Of a stretch of 64,000 nucleotides of DNA, positions 29,995 through 39,767 are shown in pieces. The position numbers were made by a program, and so were the translations under genes. The notes beneath the pieces were generated by a model that worked only from the letters and a program-made list of their open reading frames with translations, made no database searches and had not been told where the DNA came from. This DNA is from an uncultured delta proteobacterium (GTDB lineage Bacteria; Desulfobacterota; Binatia; Binatales; Binataceae): NCBI GenBank assembly GCA_963808235.1, contig CAWEEQ010000004.1, forward strand, positions 192,001-256,000, given 5' to 3'. Numbering within the stretch: the first letter of the stretch is position 1; the number at the start of each line of letters is the position of its first letter.

Positions 29995-32385
29995 ATGACC
30001 TGGTATCGATTTGGCGAGTGGATTCTGCGCCGGCGCTTCCTGGTGTTGGGCATCGTCGGCGTGCTGACCGCCTTCTTCGCCTACTTCGCGGCGCAAACCC
30101 AGCTCGTCACCAGTTTCGGCGAACTGCTTCCGCAAGATCATCCCTTCATCAAGATCGCGCACAAGTACGATCAATATTTCGGCAGCGTCAACAACGTCAC
30201 CGTCATGATCGAGGCCAAGGAAGGCACGATCTACACGACCCCGATCATCGAGAAGATCGTCCAGATGACGCGCGACCTGGACGTGGTTTATGGCATCCAG
30301 CACGGCTCAGTGCGCTCGATGGCGACGGCCAGCTATTTTCGCCCGCTCGCAGGCGGCGTGATCCTGAACACTCCGATTTTGCCCAATGGCGAAATTCCGA
30401 AAACTGCCAGCGCCCTCGATGAGCTGAAGAGCAACGTCCACAAAAATCCCGGCGTCGTCTTCGGGCAATTCGTCTCGCTCGACGACAAGGCCGCGGTAAT
30501 CGTGGGCAGCTTCCTCGAGACCCGGCTCGACTACACGCGCATCTTCAATGAAGTTCGAAAACTGGTCGTCGATCCCGAGCGCGACGCGACGGTGCACATC
30601 TACTACGGCGGTCAGCCGATTCTGTACGGATGGGTCTATCACTACACGCCGGAATTTCTCTGGATCTTCGTCGCGACCGTGCTCGCCGTCTGGATCCTGC
30701 TCTACCTGTATTTCCGCGACTGGCGCGGCGCGCTGCGGCCGACCATCTCCGGCGTCATCTGCGCCATCTGGGGCCTTGGCTTTATTCGATTGCTCGGCTT
30801 CGGCCTCGATCCACTGGTGCTGGTCATTCCATTTTTGATCACCGCGCGCGCGGTCAGCCACTCGGTGCAGATGCACGATCGGTACTACGAAGAGTTCTAC
30901 CGCTTGCGCAACAAGGAAGAAGCGATCCTGTCGTCGTTCTCCGAACTGTTCGTACCTTCACTCTCGGGAATCCTGACCGACGCATTCGGAGTGCTGGTGA
31001 TCCTGCTGGTGCCGGTGTTGTTCCTGCAGAAACTCGCCATCACCGCGAGCTTCTGGATCGCCGCGATCATCGTGAGCGAGCTGATCCTGAATCCGATCGT
31101 TTACTACTACCTGGAGCCGCCGCGGATCGATGTGATCGAGAAACGCGAGCACGGCTTCTTCAAGCGGATGCTGACCTCGCTCGCGAAACCGATGCTCGAG
31201 AGCACCGGCCGCAAGGTGACGTTTGTAGCCACGCTCGCGGTAATCGCGTTGTGCGCGTTTTTCTGGTCGGGACTGAAGGTGGGAGATCCGTCGTCTGATT
31301 CGCCGATCCTCTGGCCCAATTCCGCCTACAACCGCTCGATGGCTGCGATCCAGAGCGAGTTCGGCGCGATCGAACAGTTCGTCGTCGTCGCGGAGATTGC
31401 CAAGCGCGAGTCACTCAACGATCCGAAGCTGTACCACGTGATGGACGAATACGAGCGCTACATGGAGCGCGATCCGGCGGTCGGGCGAACCTTTTCGGTC
31501 GCGGATCTGTTGTCCAACGGCGGCTTCGCTCTCCAGGAGTTCCAGCCGAAGTGGAACGTGCTTCCGACCACCGCGCGCGGGACCGGACAGTTGCTCGGCG
31601 GATTGCTCGCGGGCGCGTCACCGCTCTCGACCGCTTACATCATCACCCCGCGCCGCGACGCCACCCAGATGACCGTGTACTCCAAGGATCGTGAGGGCGA
31701 GAACGTGCAGCGAATCGTGATGCGCACGCAGAATTTCTTCGCCGAACCGAAACATCAAGTGCCGGGCGTCCGTTTCTCGCTCGCCGCGGGGATCATCGGA
31801 GAGCTGGCCGCCGCCAACCAGGAGATCATCGACAACGACCTGCTGCTCAACGTGCTCGCCTTCGCCACCATCTATATAATTGTACTCATTACCTATCGTT
31901 CGTTCATGGCGGGGCTATATCTGCTATTCCCGCTCGCACTAGCCAATGCGGCCATCAATGCATACATGGGCGCGCATGATATCGGGATCAATATAAATAC
32001 TCTGCCGGTAGTAACTGTCGGCGTTGGATTCGGCATTGACTATTCTATTTATATAGTAAGTCGAATTATTGAGGAGCTTGCGCTCGGCCACGACCTGAAA
32101 GACAGTACCTATACCGCGCTTATCACCTCGGGCAAGGCGGTCGCCTTCACCGCGCTGACCCTGGTTGCGTCGGTGCTGTTCTGGTACTGGTCGAGCATCC
32201 GCTTCGACGCCGAGATGGGCCTGCTGCTGGCGGTCTGGATGTTCGTCTCGATGCTTGGCGCGATGACTATTCTCCCCGTGCTGATCGTTACTTTCGATCC
32301 TGCTTTCATCCGGCGCGAGCGGGATCGCGTGATCGCATCGAGGCGTCCCGATCTCGAGAGCCGCACGGTGGCAGCTTCTTCCTAG
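29995..32385 (+). CDS. MMPL/RND-family transporter
   Basis: Two 1+5 TM halves with large soluble loops; GVGFGIDYSIY motif. Confidence 0.9.
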   Translation: MTWYRFGEWILRRRFLVLGIVGVLTAFFAYFAAQTQLVTSFGELLPQDHPFIKIAHKYDQYFGSVNNVTVMIEAKEGTIYTTPIIEKIVQMTRDLDVVYGIQHGSVRSMATASYFRPLAGGVILNTPILPNGEIPKTASALDELKSNVHKNPGVVFGQFVSLDDKAAVIVGSFLETRLDYTRIFNEVRKLVVDPERDATVHIYYGGQPILYGWVYHYTPEFLWIFVATVLAVWILLYLYFRDWRGALRPTISGVICAIWGLGFIRLLGFGLDPLVLVIPFLITARAVSHSVQMHDRYYEEFYRLRNKEEAILSSFSELFVPSLSGILTDAFGVLVILLVPVLFLQKLAITASFWIAAIIVSELILNPIVYYYLEPPRIDVIEKREHGFFKRMLTSLAKPMLESTGRKVTFVATLAVIALCAFFWSGLKVGDPSSDSPILWPNSAYNRSMAAIQSEFGAIEQFVVVAEIAKRESLNDPKLYHVMDEYERYMERDPAVGRTFSVADLLSNGGFALQEFQPKWNVLPTTARGTGQLLGGLLAGASPLSTAYIITPRRDATQMTVYSKDREGENVQRIVMRTQNFFAEPKHQVPGVRFSLAAGIIGELAAANQEIIDNDLLLNVLAFATIYIIVLITYRSFMAGLYLLFPLALANAAINAYMGAHDIGININTLPVVTVGVGFGIDYSIYIVSRIIEELALGHDLKDSTYTALITSGKAVAFTALTLVASVLFWYWSSIRFDAEMGLLLAVWMFVSMLGAMTILPVLIVTFDPAFIRRERDRVIASRRPDLESRTVAASS

Positions 32386-32422
32386 CAACGGGTCGAGTGG
32401 CTAATCTCGTCCCGTGCCTCAA

Positions 32423-32807
32423 ATGAAACTCGAGCGCCTGGATCATTTCGGCATCGAAGTAGCGGACCTGGTCGCGCGCGGAGAACTTCTACACCGGCGT
32501 GCTCGGACTGCGCGTCGCTGCTCGCCTCGGCGACCAGGTGCTGCTCGATTGCGGCGGCCAGAACCTCGCCCTGTTCGAAGTACCGCGCCCCGCGCTCGAC
32601 GCTGCCGCGCGCAATTCGATCATTTCGCATCCGCTCGGCCGCGGTCATCATGCATTCGCGGTGAGTCGCGACGATTTCGTGGGCGCGCGCGAGCGCCTGG
32701 CTGAGGCCGGCGTCGAGAGCGCGCCGCCGATCGATTGGGGCGATCACGATTGCATCTACTTTCTCGATCCCGACGGCAATCTGCTCGAGATGGTGTGCTA
32801 CCGCTGA
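32423..32807 (+). pseudogene. VOC/glyoxalase family protein, frameshifted near 32472
   Basis: MKLERLDHFGIEVADL, then in a shifted frame RAENFYTGVLGL...HHAFAV...YFLDPDGNLLE. Confidence 0.85.
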
Positions 32808-32817
32808 ACCCGGGCTG

Positions 32818-33771
32818 ATGACGAACTCCGGACCCATCATCGACGCGCAGAATCTCCGCAAGCAGTATGGCGACCGGGTCGTCGTTGACGGCGTGTCGAT
32901 TTCCGTTAACGCGGGCGAAGTCGTTGGTTTGCTTGGTCCCAACGGCGCGGGAAAGACCACCACGCTCTCGATGTTATCGGGCGTGATTGCGCCGGACTCG
33001 GGACGGGTGTCGATCGCCGGCTACGATCTCGCCGCGGCGCCGGTCAAGGCGCGCAGCAAGCTCGGGTTGGTGCCGCAATCGCTCGCGCTGTATCCGACCC
33101 TTAGCGCGCTCGAAAATCTTTTGTTCTTCGGCCGCATGCAGGGACTGTCATCGCGCGACGCTTTGGATCGCGCGCGCGGCCTGCTCGATGAGGTTGGACT
33201 GGGCGATCGCAGCGACGATCTGGTGGGCGAGTTTTCCGGCGGAATGAAGCGCCGCCTCAATCTCGCCTGCGGGATGCTTCATTTTCCGGCCGCGATTATG
33301 CTCGATGAGCCCACTGTCGGCGTCGATCCGCAATCGCGCGGACGAATCTTCGCCGTGATCGAGGCAGCCTCGCAGAGCGGCGGCGCGATCCTCTACAGCA
33401 CGCACTACATGGAAGAAGCGGAACGGCTATGCAACCGGATCGTCCTGATCGATCACGGCAAGATAGTAGCGCAAGGTACCGACGCCGAATTGATCGCGCT
33501 GGCCGGCAACGAGCCGCGCCTTGAAATCGTCACCAAAAAAGCGCTGCCCCCCGGATGGTCCAACGGAATCGCCGGCGTCAACGAACTCCCGTGGGTGGTG
33601 CTCGACGAATATGCGGCGGCGCTCACCCTCGCCACGATCGACCAGGTCCCCGACGTGATCCGCCGCGCCGGCGAAGTCGGCGACGAGGTCGTCGAATTCC
33701 ACGTCCATCGGCCCAACCTCCAGGACGCTTTTCTGAAACTCACCGGGCACGCCTTGCGCGACGCGCGATGA
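32818..33771 (+). CDS. ABC-2 type transporter ATP-binding protein
   Basis: GPNGAGKTT, FSGGMKRR, MLDEPTVGVDP, STHYMEEAE. Confidence 0.95.
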   Translation: MTNSGPIIDAQNLRKQYGDRVVVDGVSISVNAGEVVGLLGPNGAGKTTTLSMLSGVIAPDSGRVSIAGYDLAAAPVKARSKLGLVPQSLALYPTLSALENLLFFGRMQGLSSRDALDRARGLLDEVGLGDRSDDLVGEFSGGMKRRLNLACGMLHFPAAIMLDEPTVGVDPQSRGRIFAVIEAASQSGGAILYSTHYMEEAERLCNRIVLIDHGKIVAQGTDAELIALAGNEPRLEIVTKKALPPGWSNGIAGVNELPWVVLDEYAAALTLATIDQVPDVIRRAGEVGDEVVEFHVHRPNLQDAFLKLTGHALRDAR

Positions 33772-33816
33772 GCAATATGGTACAACCGCGCGCGGCAATA
33801 CGTTGCCGCTGAGACG

Positions 33817-35544
33817 ATGATGCTCCGCGCGGTATGGCTGACAATTGGCAAGGAGTTCCTGCTCATCCGCCGCGACCGGGTGGGCTTGTTCATGCTGATC
33901 CTTGCGCCCATCGCGGTGATCGCGGCGGCCGGATTCTCGCTGGCGAAAATTTACGGCGGACGGACCGCGTCGCCCGGAGGTTACGCCATCGCGGTTGTCG
34001 ACGAAGATCGCGGCGCTGTCGCGCGCGCGATTCTCGACGCGATCGGCCGTCAGTCCAACCTCGTGGTGGTTCATTCTGTCGATCGCGCCGACGCCGAAAA
34101 CCTCGTTCGCAAGCGCAAGCTCGCGGTGGTCGGAATCGTCATCCCGAAGGCGACTACCGATGCGATCGAACACGGGAAGCCGGCGCGGCTCATCCTCTAT
34201 ACCGATCCGGTCAAATACCTGCAGACCATCAAGGTCGAGCTCATGATTGCGGATCTGTGCCGGGTTGTCACCGCCGGCGCTGCCGATCAGGCGCGAAAAC
34301 AGGCGCTCGAACAGAGCCGCGGCATTAAGGATCAAATCGACCAGGCCCGCGCGTCGGCCGAGCATGCTCGCGATCAAGCATCGCGCCTGTCACGTGAGGC
34401 GGCGTCATCGCAGGCCGCGGTCGAGGCAAAATTGCGCAAGCAGATCGAGTCCGCACTGAACGCCGCTCGCGATCGCACCCGGGCTGCACTCGGTGCCGAG
34501 TTGGATCGTGTCCAGCACAAGTTGGACGCAGACGCCGCCGCCCGCGAGGTCAAGCTGAACGAGCTCAAGGATTTTCTCAGTCGCCTCGATGCCGCTCACG
34601 TTCAATTCGAAAACTGGTTTGCTCAATTGAAATCGCTTGCAGGGAGCCGCGCCGCGAACATTCCGCCACCACCGAGCATCCCCAATTTGCCGGCTGATCT
34701 CGATCTCAGCGCGCTCAACGCCGCGCCGGTCGGCGAACTCCGCGACGCCAGGCGCGATCTCGATAGCGCGCTCAAGAGTCAGCCGGTCGATATCAATCTG
34801 CCGCAGATGCCCGCGATGCCGAAAATTCCGGCCGTGGACATTCCGCATATGCCGGCGTTCGATTCCAATCTCGCGATACCCGGAACCCTCGGATATACCG
34901 AAGTCGATCTGAACGGCAACGAAATCGGCACCGGCAGCGGTTTCAACGCGTTCGATCTCCAGGTGCCCGGCTTCGCAGTGACTTTTCTTCTGATCGGAAT
35001 GTTGATGGGCGTGTCGCTGGCGTTGATCGACGAGCACGATTGGGGAACTCTCGAACGCCTGCGCTCCGGATCGGCGCCGCTGTGGACTACCCTCACTGGA
35101 AAGCTGCTCGCGCGATTCGTGGTCGGCTTCATCCAGATGATCGTGTTGCTCGCGGCGGGATGGGTGTTGTTCGGAATTTCACTCGGACGCACGCCGGCGG
35201 CACTGCTGATGCCCGCGGCGGCAATCGCGTTCGCGGGCGCCGCCTTCGGCCTCATCGTGGCCGGAATCGGACGTACCCGCGACGCCGTACTCCCAGTGGG
35301 CGCGATCGTGATAATGACGATGGCGGCAATCGGGGGATGCTGGTGGCCAATCGATTTCGAACCGGTCCGGATGCAACAGGTGGCGCTCGCGTTGCCGACG
35401 ACCTGGGCGATGCGCGCGTTCAACGATCTGATGATTCGCAATCTCGCGGCGTCGGCCGCGCTGATCCCCACGGCCGTGAATTTTGGATTTGGTATCCTCT
35501 ACACGATTGTCGGCGTCGCGATTGCCCGCCGCCGCTTCGGATGA
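33817..35544 (+). CDS. ABC-2 permease with a long coiled-coil/Pro-rich extracytoplasmic insertion
   Basis: KEF..RDR N-terminus, GTLERL, GGCWWPI, LPTTWA. Confidence 0.88.
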   Translation: MMLRAVWLTIGKEFLLIRRDRVGLFMLILAPIAVIAAAGFSLAKIYGGRTASPGGYAIAVVDEDRGAVARAILDAIGRQSNLVVVHSVDRADAENLVRKRKLAVVGIVIPKATTDAIEHGKPARLILYTDPVKYLQTIKVELMIADLCRVVTAGAADQARKQALEQSRGIKDQIDQARASAEHARDQASRLSREAASSQAAVEAKLRKQIESALNAARDRTRAALGAELDRVQHKLDADAAAREVKLNELKDFLSRLDAAHVQFENWFAQLKSLAGSRAANIPPPPSIPNLPADLDLSALNAAPVGELRDARRDLDSALKSQPVDINLPQMPAMPKIPAVDIPHMPAFDSNLAIPGTLGYTEVDLNGNEIGTGSGFNAFDLQVPGFAVTFLLIGMLMGVSLALIDEHDWGTLERLRSGSAPLWTTLTGKLLARFVVGFIQMIVLLAAGWVLFGISLGRTPAALLMPAAAIAFAGAAFGLIVAGIGRTRDAVLPVGAIVIMTMAAIGGCWWPIDFEPVRMQQVALALPTTWAMRAFNDLMIRNLAASAALIPTAVNFGFGILYTIVGVAIARRRFG

Positions 35545-35640
35545 TCGCGCTAGCAATTCGGATGATCGCGTTCACCAACTCGCCGAGCAAGGAGCAATTT
35601 TCCATTGAAGACTTCCGCAACTGAATTTCGCCAACCCCTG

Positions 35641-36264
35641 ATGCGCGCGCTTCTTCTGTTCCTTGCCGCACTGGCGCCGATATTTATTGCCCCGCGCGTT
35701 GCGAGCGCGGAACATTTGCACCTGAAGATCGATCCCGATCGAAGCACCGTCAGCGCCGCCGTTGCGGAGCCCGCGGCATGGATTCGCGGCACTGCGACCG
35801 GGATGTTTCATATCGTCGACGGCGAAATAAGCGGCGATCTCACAAACATCCAGGGCACTGGAAAGGTGAGGGTGCTGATCGACGCAACCAGTTATCACAG
35901 CGATAGCGTATCGCGCGATCGCGCCGTCACCGGGACTGCACTCGAGTCCGACAAATATCCGACTATCGGATTCCAAAGTAACACCGTCGTCGGCGTCGTC
36001 TTGAGCAGGCCCTACGAAGGCACCGCGATCGTCAATGGCTTCCTTACCCTGCACGGCGAAACGCATCCGATGACGTTGCCGATTCACGCCGTCCTCGCCA
36101 CCGACGGCACCTTCGTGGGTGACGGCGAAGTGAAGTTCAAGTATGACGATTTCGGGGTGCGTGTTCCCGGCGTATTGTTCGGCGCGATCCTCGCCGGCGA
36201 CGAGGTGACCGTGCGCTACCACATCGTCGCAGTCAACGCCGGGCCGCCGGCCCAGGGTAAGTAG
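35641..36264 (+). CDS. YceI-family (isoprenoid/lipid-binding) exported protein
   Basis: Signal peptide; IDPDRSTV, RD..L..KYPTI.F, G.LTLHGET, DFGV. Confidence 0.85.
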   Translation: MRALLLFLAALAPIFIAPRVASAEHLHLKIDPDRSTVSAAVAEPAAWIRGTATGMFHIVDGEISGDLTNIQGTGKVRVLIDATSYHSDSVSRDRAVTGTALESDKYPTIGFQSNTVVGVVLSRPYEGTAIVNGFLTLHGETHPMTLPIHAVLATDGTFVGDGEVKFKYDDFGVRVPGVLFGAILAGDEVTVRYHIVAVNAGPPAQGK

Positions 36265-36269
36265 CAGCC

Positions 36270-37193
36270 ATGCCGGATCTGACGATTTTTTCTCCGAAGA
36301 ACGCAAAGATGCCGGCGGCGGTCGCCGCGCTCGCAGCCGCCATAGAAGCCGATGGCGGCACTGCGATGGCGGCGTACCAGGAGCCGATCGGCGACCACTG
36401 GCAACTGTTCGCGATGCTCCCGATTGCGCTCGTGCAGCCGACCCCGTACCAGCGCGACCTATCGCCGGCGCATCTGAAGCGAATGATCGAAGTGATGAAG
36501 AAGATCGATCGCTTCACCGAGCCGATCGTGGTTGTGCGCTCCGCGAACCTCTACTGGACTCCCAATGGAAACCATCGCCGCGCCGCGGCGGTGAAGTCCG
36601 GCGCCAAGATGATTCCCGCAATTGTGATTCCCGAGCCTGAGGTCGCATTTCAAATCCTCGCGCTGAACACCGAGAAAGCGCACAACCTCCGCGACAAGGC
36701 GCTCGAAGTAATCAGGATGTATCGCGCCCGCCTCGAAGAGCATCCGAAAACGAACGAAAAAGATTTCGCATTCGAGTTCGAGCGAGCCCACTTCATCACC
36801 CTCGGCGTCCTCTACGAAAAGAAGCCGCGCTTTTCCGGCGGCGTTTACGCGCCGCTGCTGAGCCGCGTCGATGGATTTCTGAACAAGCCGCTCAAAGATG
36901 CTATCGATGAGCGCGTCGAGCGCGCCGAGCAGGTGGAACGCGCCGATGAATTGGTGGTCGAACTCGTCATCAAGGGCAAGAAGCGCGGCCTGATGCATCC
37001 CTATTTGAAGAACTTCATCATCGCGCGCTCCAATCCGCTCTCCCGCGCGCGCAAAAACCTGCCAAGCTGCAAGTCAGCGCTATCGAGCCTGGTCAAGGCG
37101 CTCGAGGAATTCGATCTCGGCAAAATTCACTTCGGCCAAATCCGCGACGCCGCCCAAATAGCAGCCGCCACTTCTGTCGCAGAGCCCAGCTGA
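36270..37193 (+). CDS. ParB/Srx N-terminal domain protein (orphan)
   Basis: PYQRDL and NGNHRR (ParB box II-like), ALNTE. Confidence 0.8.
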   Translation: MPDLTIFSPKNAKMPAAVAALAAAIEADGGTAMAAYQEPIGDHWQLFAMLPIALVQPTPYQRDLSPAHLKRMIEVMKKIDRFTEPIVVVRSANLYWTPNGNHRRAAAVKSGAKMIPAIVIPEPEVAFQILALNTEKAHNLRDKALEVIRMYRARLEEHPKTNEKDFAFEFERAHFITLGVLYEKKPRFSGGVYAPLLSRVDGFLNKPLKDAIDERVERAEQVERADELVVELVIKGKKRGLMHPYLKNFIIARSNPLSRARKNLPSCKSALSSLVKALEEFDLGKIHFGQIRDAAQIAAATSVAEPS

Positions 37194-37198
37194 GAGAT

Positions 37199-38845
37199 TT
37201 ACGCGGCGGCGGGAGCCTGCGCGAGTTCGAAGGCGCCCAGCTCGAGTCCGTCGTTCGAGCGCAGCACAATCTTGGTCGAGAGCCGCTGCTCCAGCGTCTC
37301 GAGGTCTTTCGCGCCGTGATCGTACAGGTAGCGCGCAACTTCCGGATTGAGCTTGACGATCAGCATCTCGCCGGCCGAACGGCGAACCGCCTCGCGCTGA
37401 ACGCCGCGCAGCACCTCGGCGGCCATCGTCGGCACCGACTTGACCACTCGACGCCCTTCGCATCGCGGACAGTTGTCGGTCAGCAGTTTCTCCAAACTCT
37501 CGCGCGTGCGCTTGCGCGTCATCTGCACCAGCCCGAGTTCCGAAATCTTGAGCGCCGAGGTGCGCGCCTTGTCGCGCTTGAGTGCCATCGCGAGCGCGTC
37601 GCTGACTTTCTTGCGATCGCCCTCGCGCGCCATGTCGATGAAATCGACAATAATAATTCCGCCTATATTGCGGAGTCTCAGTTGATTAACTACTTCCTCT
37701 ACTGCTTCGAGGTTGGTCTTTAGTACAGTGTCGTCCTGGCTCCGCTTGCCGACGAAGCGGCCGGTATTAACATCGATAGCAGTTAGTGCCTCCGCCTGAT
37801 CGAAAACCAGGTAGCCACCCGACTTGAGCCACACCTTGCGATCGAGTGCGCGTTCGATTTGCGGTTCTATATTAAAGCGATCGAATAGCGGCTCGTTGTC
37901 GTCATGAAGCATCACCCGCGCGCGCAAGCGCGGCATGTAGTTCTGCACGAACTGCACGATTCGGCCGTAGGTAGTCGGATCGTCGCACCAGAGCTTGTCC
38001 ACCTCGCTGGAAAACATGTCGCGCACGATTCGCAACGCGACGTCGAGGTCGCTGTAGAGAATCGACGCGGGCGGCATGCTCTCATTCTTGCGCAGGATCG
38101 AGGCCCACAGCTTGGTCAGGAACGCGACGTCGCGCTGGATCTCGCGACGGCTCACTCCCTCGCACGCGGTGCGCACGATGAATCCGCCCTGCGCCGGCCG
38201 CAGCTCGCTGACGTCCGCACGCAGGCGCGCGCGTTCCTCGGCACTCGCGATCCGCCGCGACACCCCGATGTGATTGCTGGTCGGCGTGAACACCAGATGC
38301 CGCCCCGGCAGCGAGATCGAGGACGTCAGCCGCGCGCCCTTGGTGCCCATCGGCTCCTTGGCGATCTGAACGATTATTTCCTGCCCGCGCCGGAGCTGCT
38401 GCTCGATCGGCAGACGGCTCCGCTGCGGTTGTTGCCGCCGTCCGCGCCCGCGACGCCGCCCGCGTGGTCGCGGTTGCGGACTTCCGTCGCCGTCCGACGC
38501 GCTTGCCGCTTCGTCCACTGCTTGGACATCCGCATCCGCGAACTCGCTGTCACCGACCGGCTCCGTCTCGACATCTTCTTCGCCGAGCACTTCCGCAACC
38601 GTGCTGAGCGCCGAAATCCCATCCTGGAAATCCGAGACGTGCAGGAAGCCCGCCTTCTCGAGCCCGATATCCACGAACGCCGCCTGCATCCCGGGCAGCA
38701 CCCGCGTAACTTTTCCCTTGTAGATATTTCCCGCGAGCCCGACTTGCCGGTTCCGCTCGAGGTAAAATTCGGCGAGCTGATTATCTTCGAGCAGCGCCAC
38801 CCGCACCTCCAGTGCGGAAGCGTTAATTGCGATTTCTCGTTTCAC
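37199..38845 (-). CDS. rng: Ribonuclease G/E family
   Basis: GNIYKGKVTRVLPGMQAAFVDIG, KEPMGTKGARLT, IDVNTG, GGIIIVDFIDM, CPRCEG. Confidence 0.95.
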   Translation of the reverse strand: MKREIAINASALEVRVALLEDNQLAEFYLERNRQVGLAGNIYKGKVTRVLPGMQAAFVDIGLEKAGFLHVSDFQDGISALSTVAEVLGEEDVETEPVGDSEFADADVQAVDEAASASDGDGSPQPRPRGRRRGRGRRQQPQRSRLPIEQQLRRGQEIIVQIAKEPMGTKGARLTSSISLPGRHLVFTPTSNHIGVSRRIASAEERARLRADVSELRPAQGGFIVRTACEGVSRREIQRDVAFLTKLWASILRKNESMPPASILYSDLDVALRIVRDMFSSEVDKLWCDDPTTYGRIVQFVQNYMPRLRARVMLHDDNEPLFDRFNIEPQIERALDRKVWLKSGGYLVFDQAEALTAIDVNTGRFVGKRSQDDTVLKTNLEAVEEVVNQLRLRNIGGIIIVDFIDMAREGDRKKVSDALAMALKRDKARTSALKISELGLVQMTRKRTRESLEKLLTDNCPRCEGRRVVKSVPTMAAEVLRGVQREAVRRSAGEMLIVKLNPEVARYLYDHGAKDLETLEQRLSTKIVLRSNDGLELGAFELAQAPAAA

Positions 38846-39083
38846 AGATCGAACTCTCTATTGAAGCGGACTCGATCGAAGCAGACTTGCCGCTTGATTC
38901 GACGCGACCAAAATCATCGCGCGATGCTGGTACATCGTTTTATCCTCTGCGTCGAACACTTGCGCTGGATCATACGAGGCACGCCCGACCACCGCAAGCA
39001 AGCGCGATTAGCGCGGCCAATAATAGGCTTTTAATCAACGGTACCTTGACTTGCCATCCTTGGGCCGGTACTCGTCATGGGTA

Positions 39084-39731
39084 ATGTCTGCTGCAGCCGA
39101 AATGGTTGCGCCCAGTCTCCCGGGAGCGGGCCTGCTCAACAGCAAGGTCCTGGTCCTCAATCGCTCTTACCTCCCGGTTCACGTTACGTCGGTCAAACGA
39201 GCGTTTGCGCTGCTTTATCAGGGCGTTGCGAAGGCCGTCGACGAGCAGTATCACACCTTCGACTTCGACAGCTGGCGCGATCTCTCGATCGAAGTTCAGC
39301 ATGAGCGCCTCGGTATCGTCGACGGATTCATCCGCGTCCCCCGCGTCCTCCTGCTGACCGCCTACGAGCGTGTACCCAAACGCCACGTGCGGTTTTCGCG
39401 CTTCAACATCTTCGCGCGCGACGGCAACACCTGCCAGTACTGCCACAAGCGTTTGCCCCGCACCGAGCTCAACCTCGATCACGTCATTCCCCGCTCGCGC
39501 GGCGGGATGTCCACCTGGGAGAACATCGTCTGCAGCTGCCATCACTGCAATCGCCGCAAGGGTGGCCGCACCCCCGACGAGGCCGGGATGCATCTCTTCC
39601 GCCGGCCCCGACGCCCCGAATGGACCCCATTTTCGTCCGAGATGTTCAGCCTCCGGCGCTACCGCGAGTGGATGCCGTATCTGTCCCAGGTCGACAGCGC
39701 CTACTGGAACACGGAGCTGATCCAGGACTGA
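39084..39731 (+). CDS. HNH endonuclease (McrA-like, with N-terminal VLVLN domain)
   Basis: VLVLNRSY; RDGNTCQYC..LDHVIPRSRGG..WENIVCSCHHCNRRKG. Confidence 0.92.
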   Translation: MSAAAEMVAPSLPGAGLLNSKVLVLNRSYLPVHVTSVKRAFALLYQGVAKAVDEQYHTFDFDSWRDLSIEVQHERLGIVDGFIRVPRVLLLTAYERVPKRHVRFSRFNIFARDGNTCQYCHKRLPRTELNLDHVIPRSRGGMSTWENIVCSCHHCNRRKGGRTPDEAGMHLFRRPRRPEWTPFSSEMFSLRRYREWMPYLSQVDSAYWNTELIQD

Positions 39732-39767
39732 CCGAAGCTGTCTGCCAATTCGCAGGCTGCGGGCAGG

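Noticed and set aside
38846-39083. Possible structured rng leader
   Set aside because: Only short pairings (TCGACGC/GCGTCGA); not enough to call an RNA element
39084-39731. HNH nuclease as a mobile or defence element
   Set aside because: Host-like codon usage and a common standalone VLVLN-HNH architecture; no methylase or intron context
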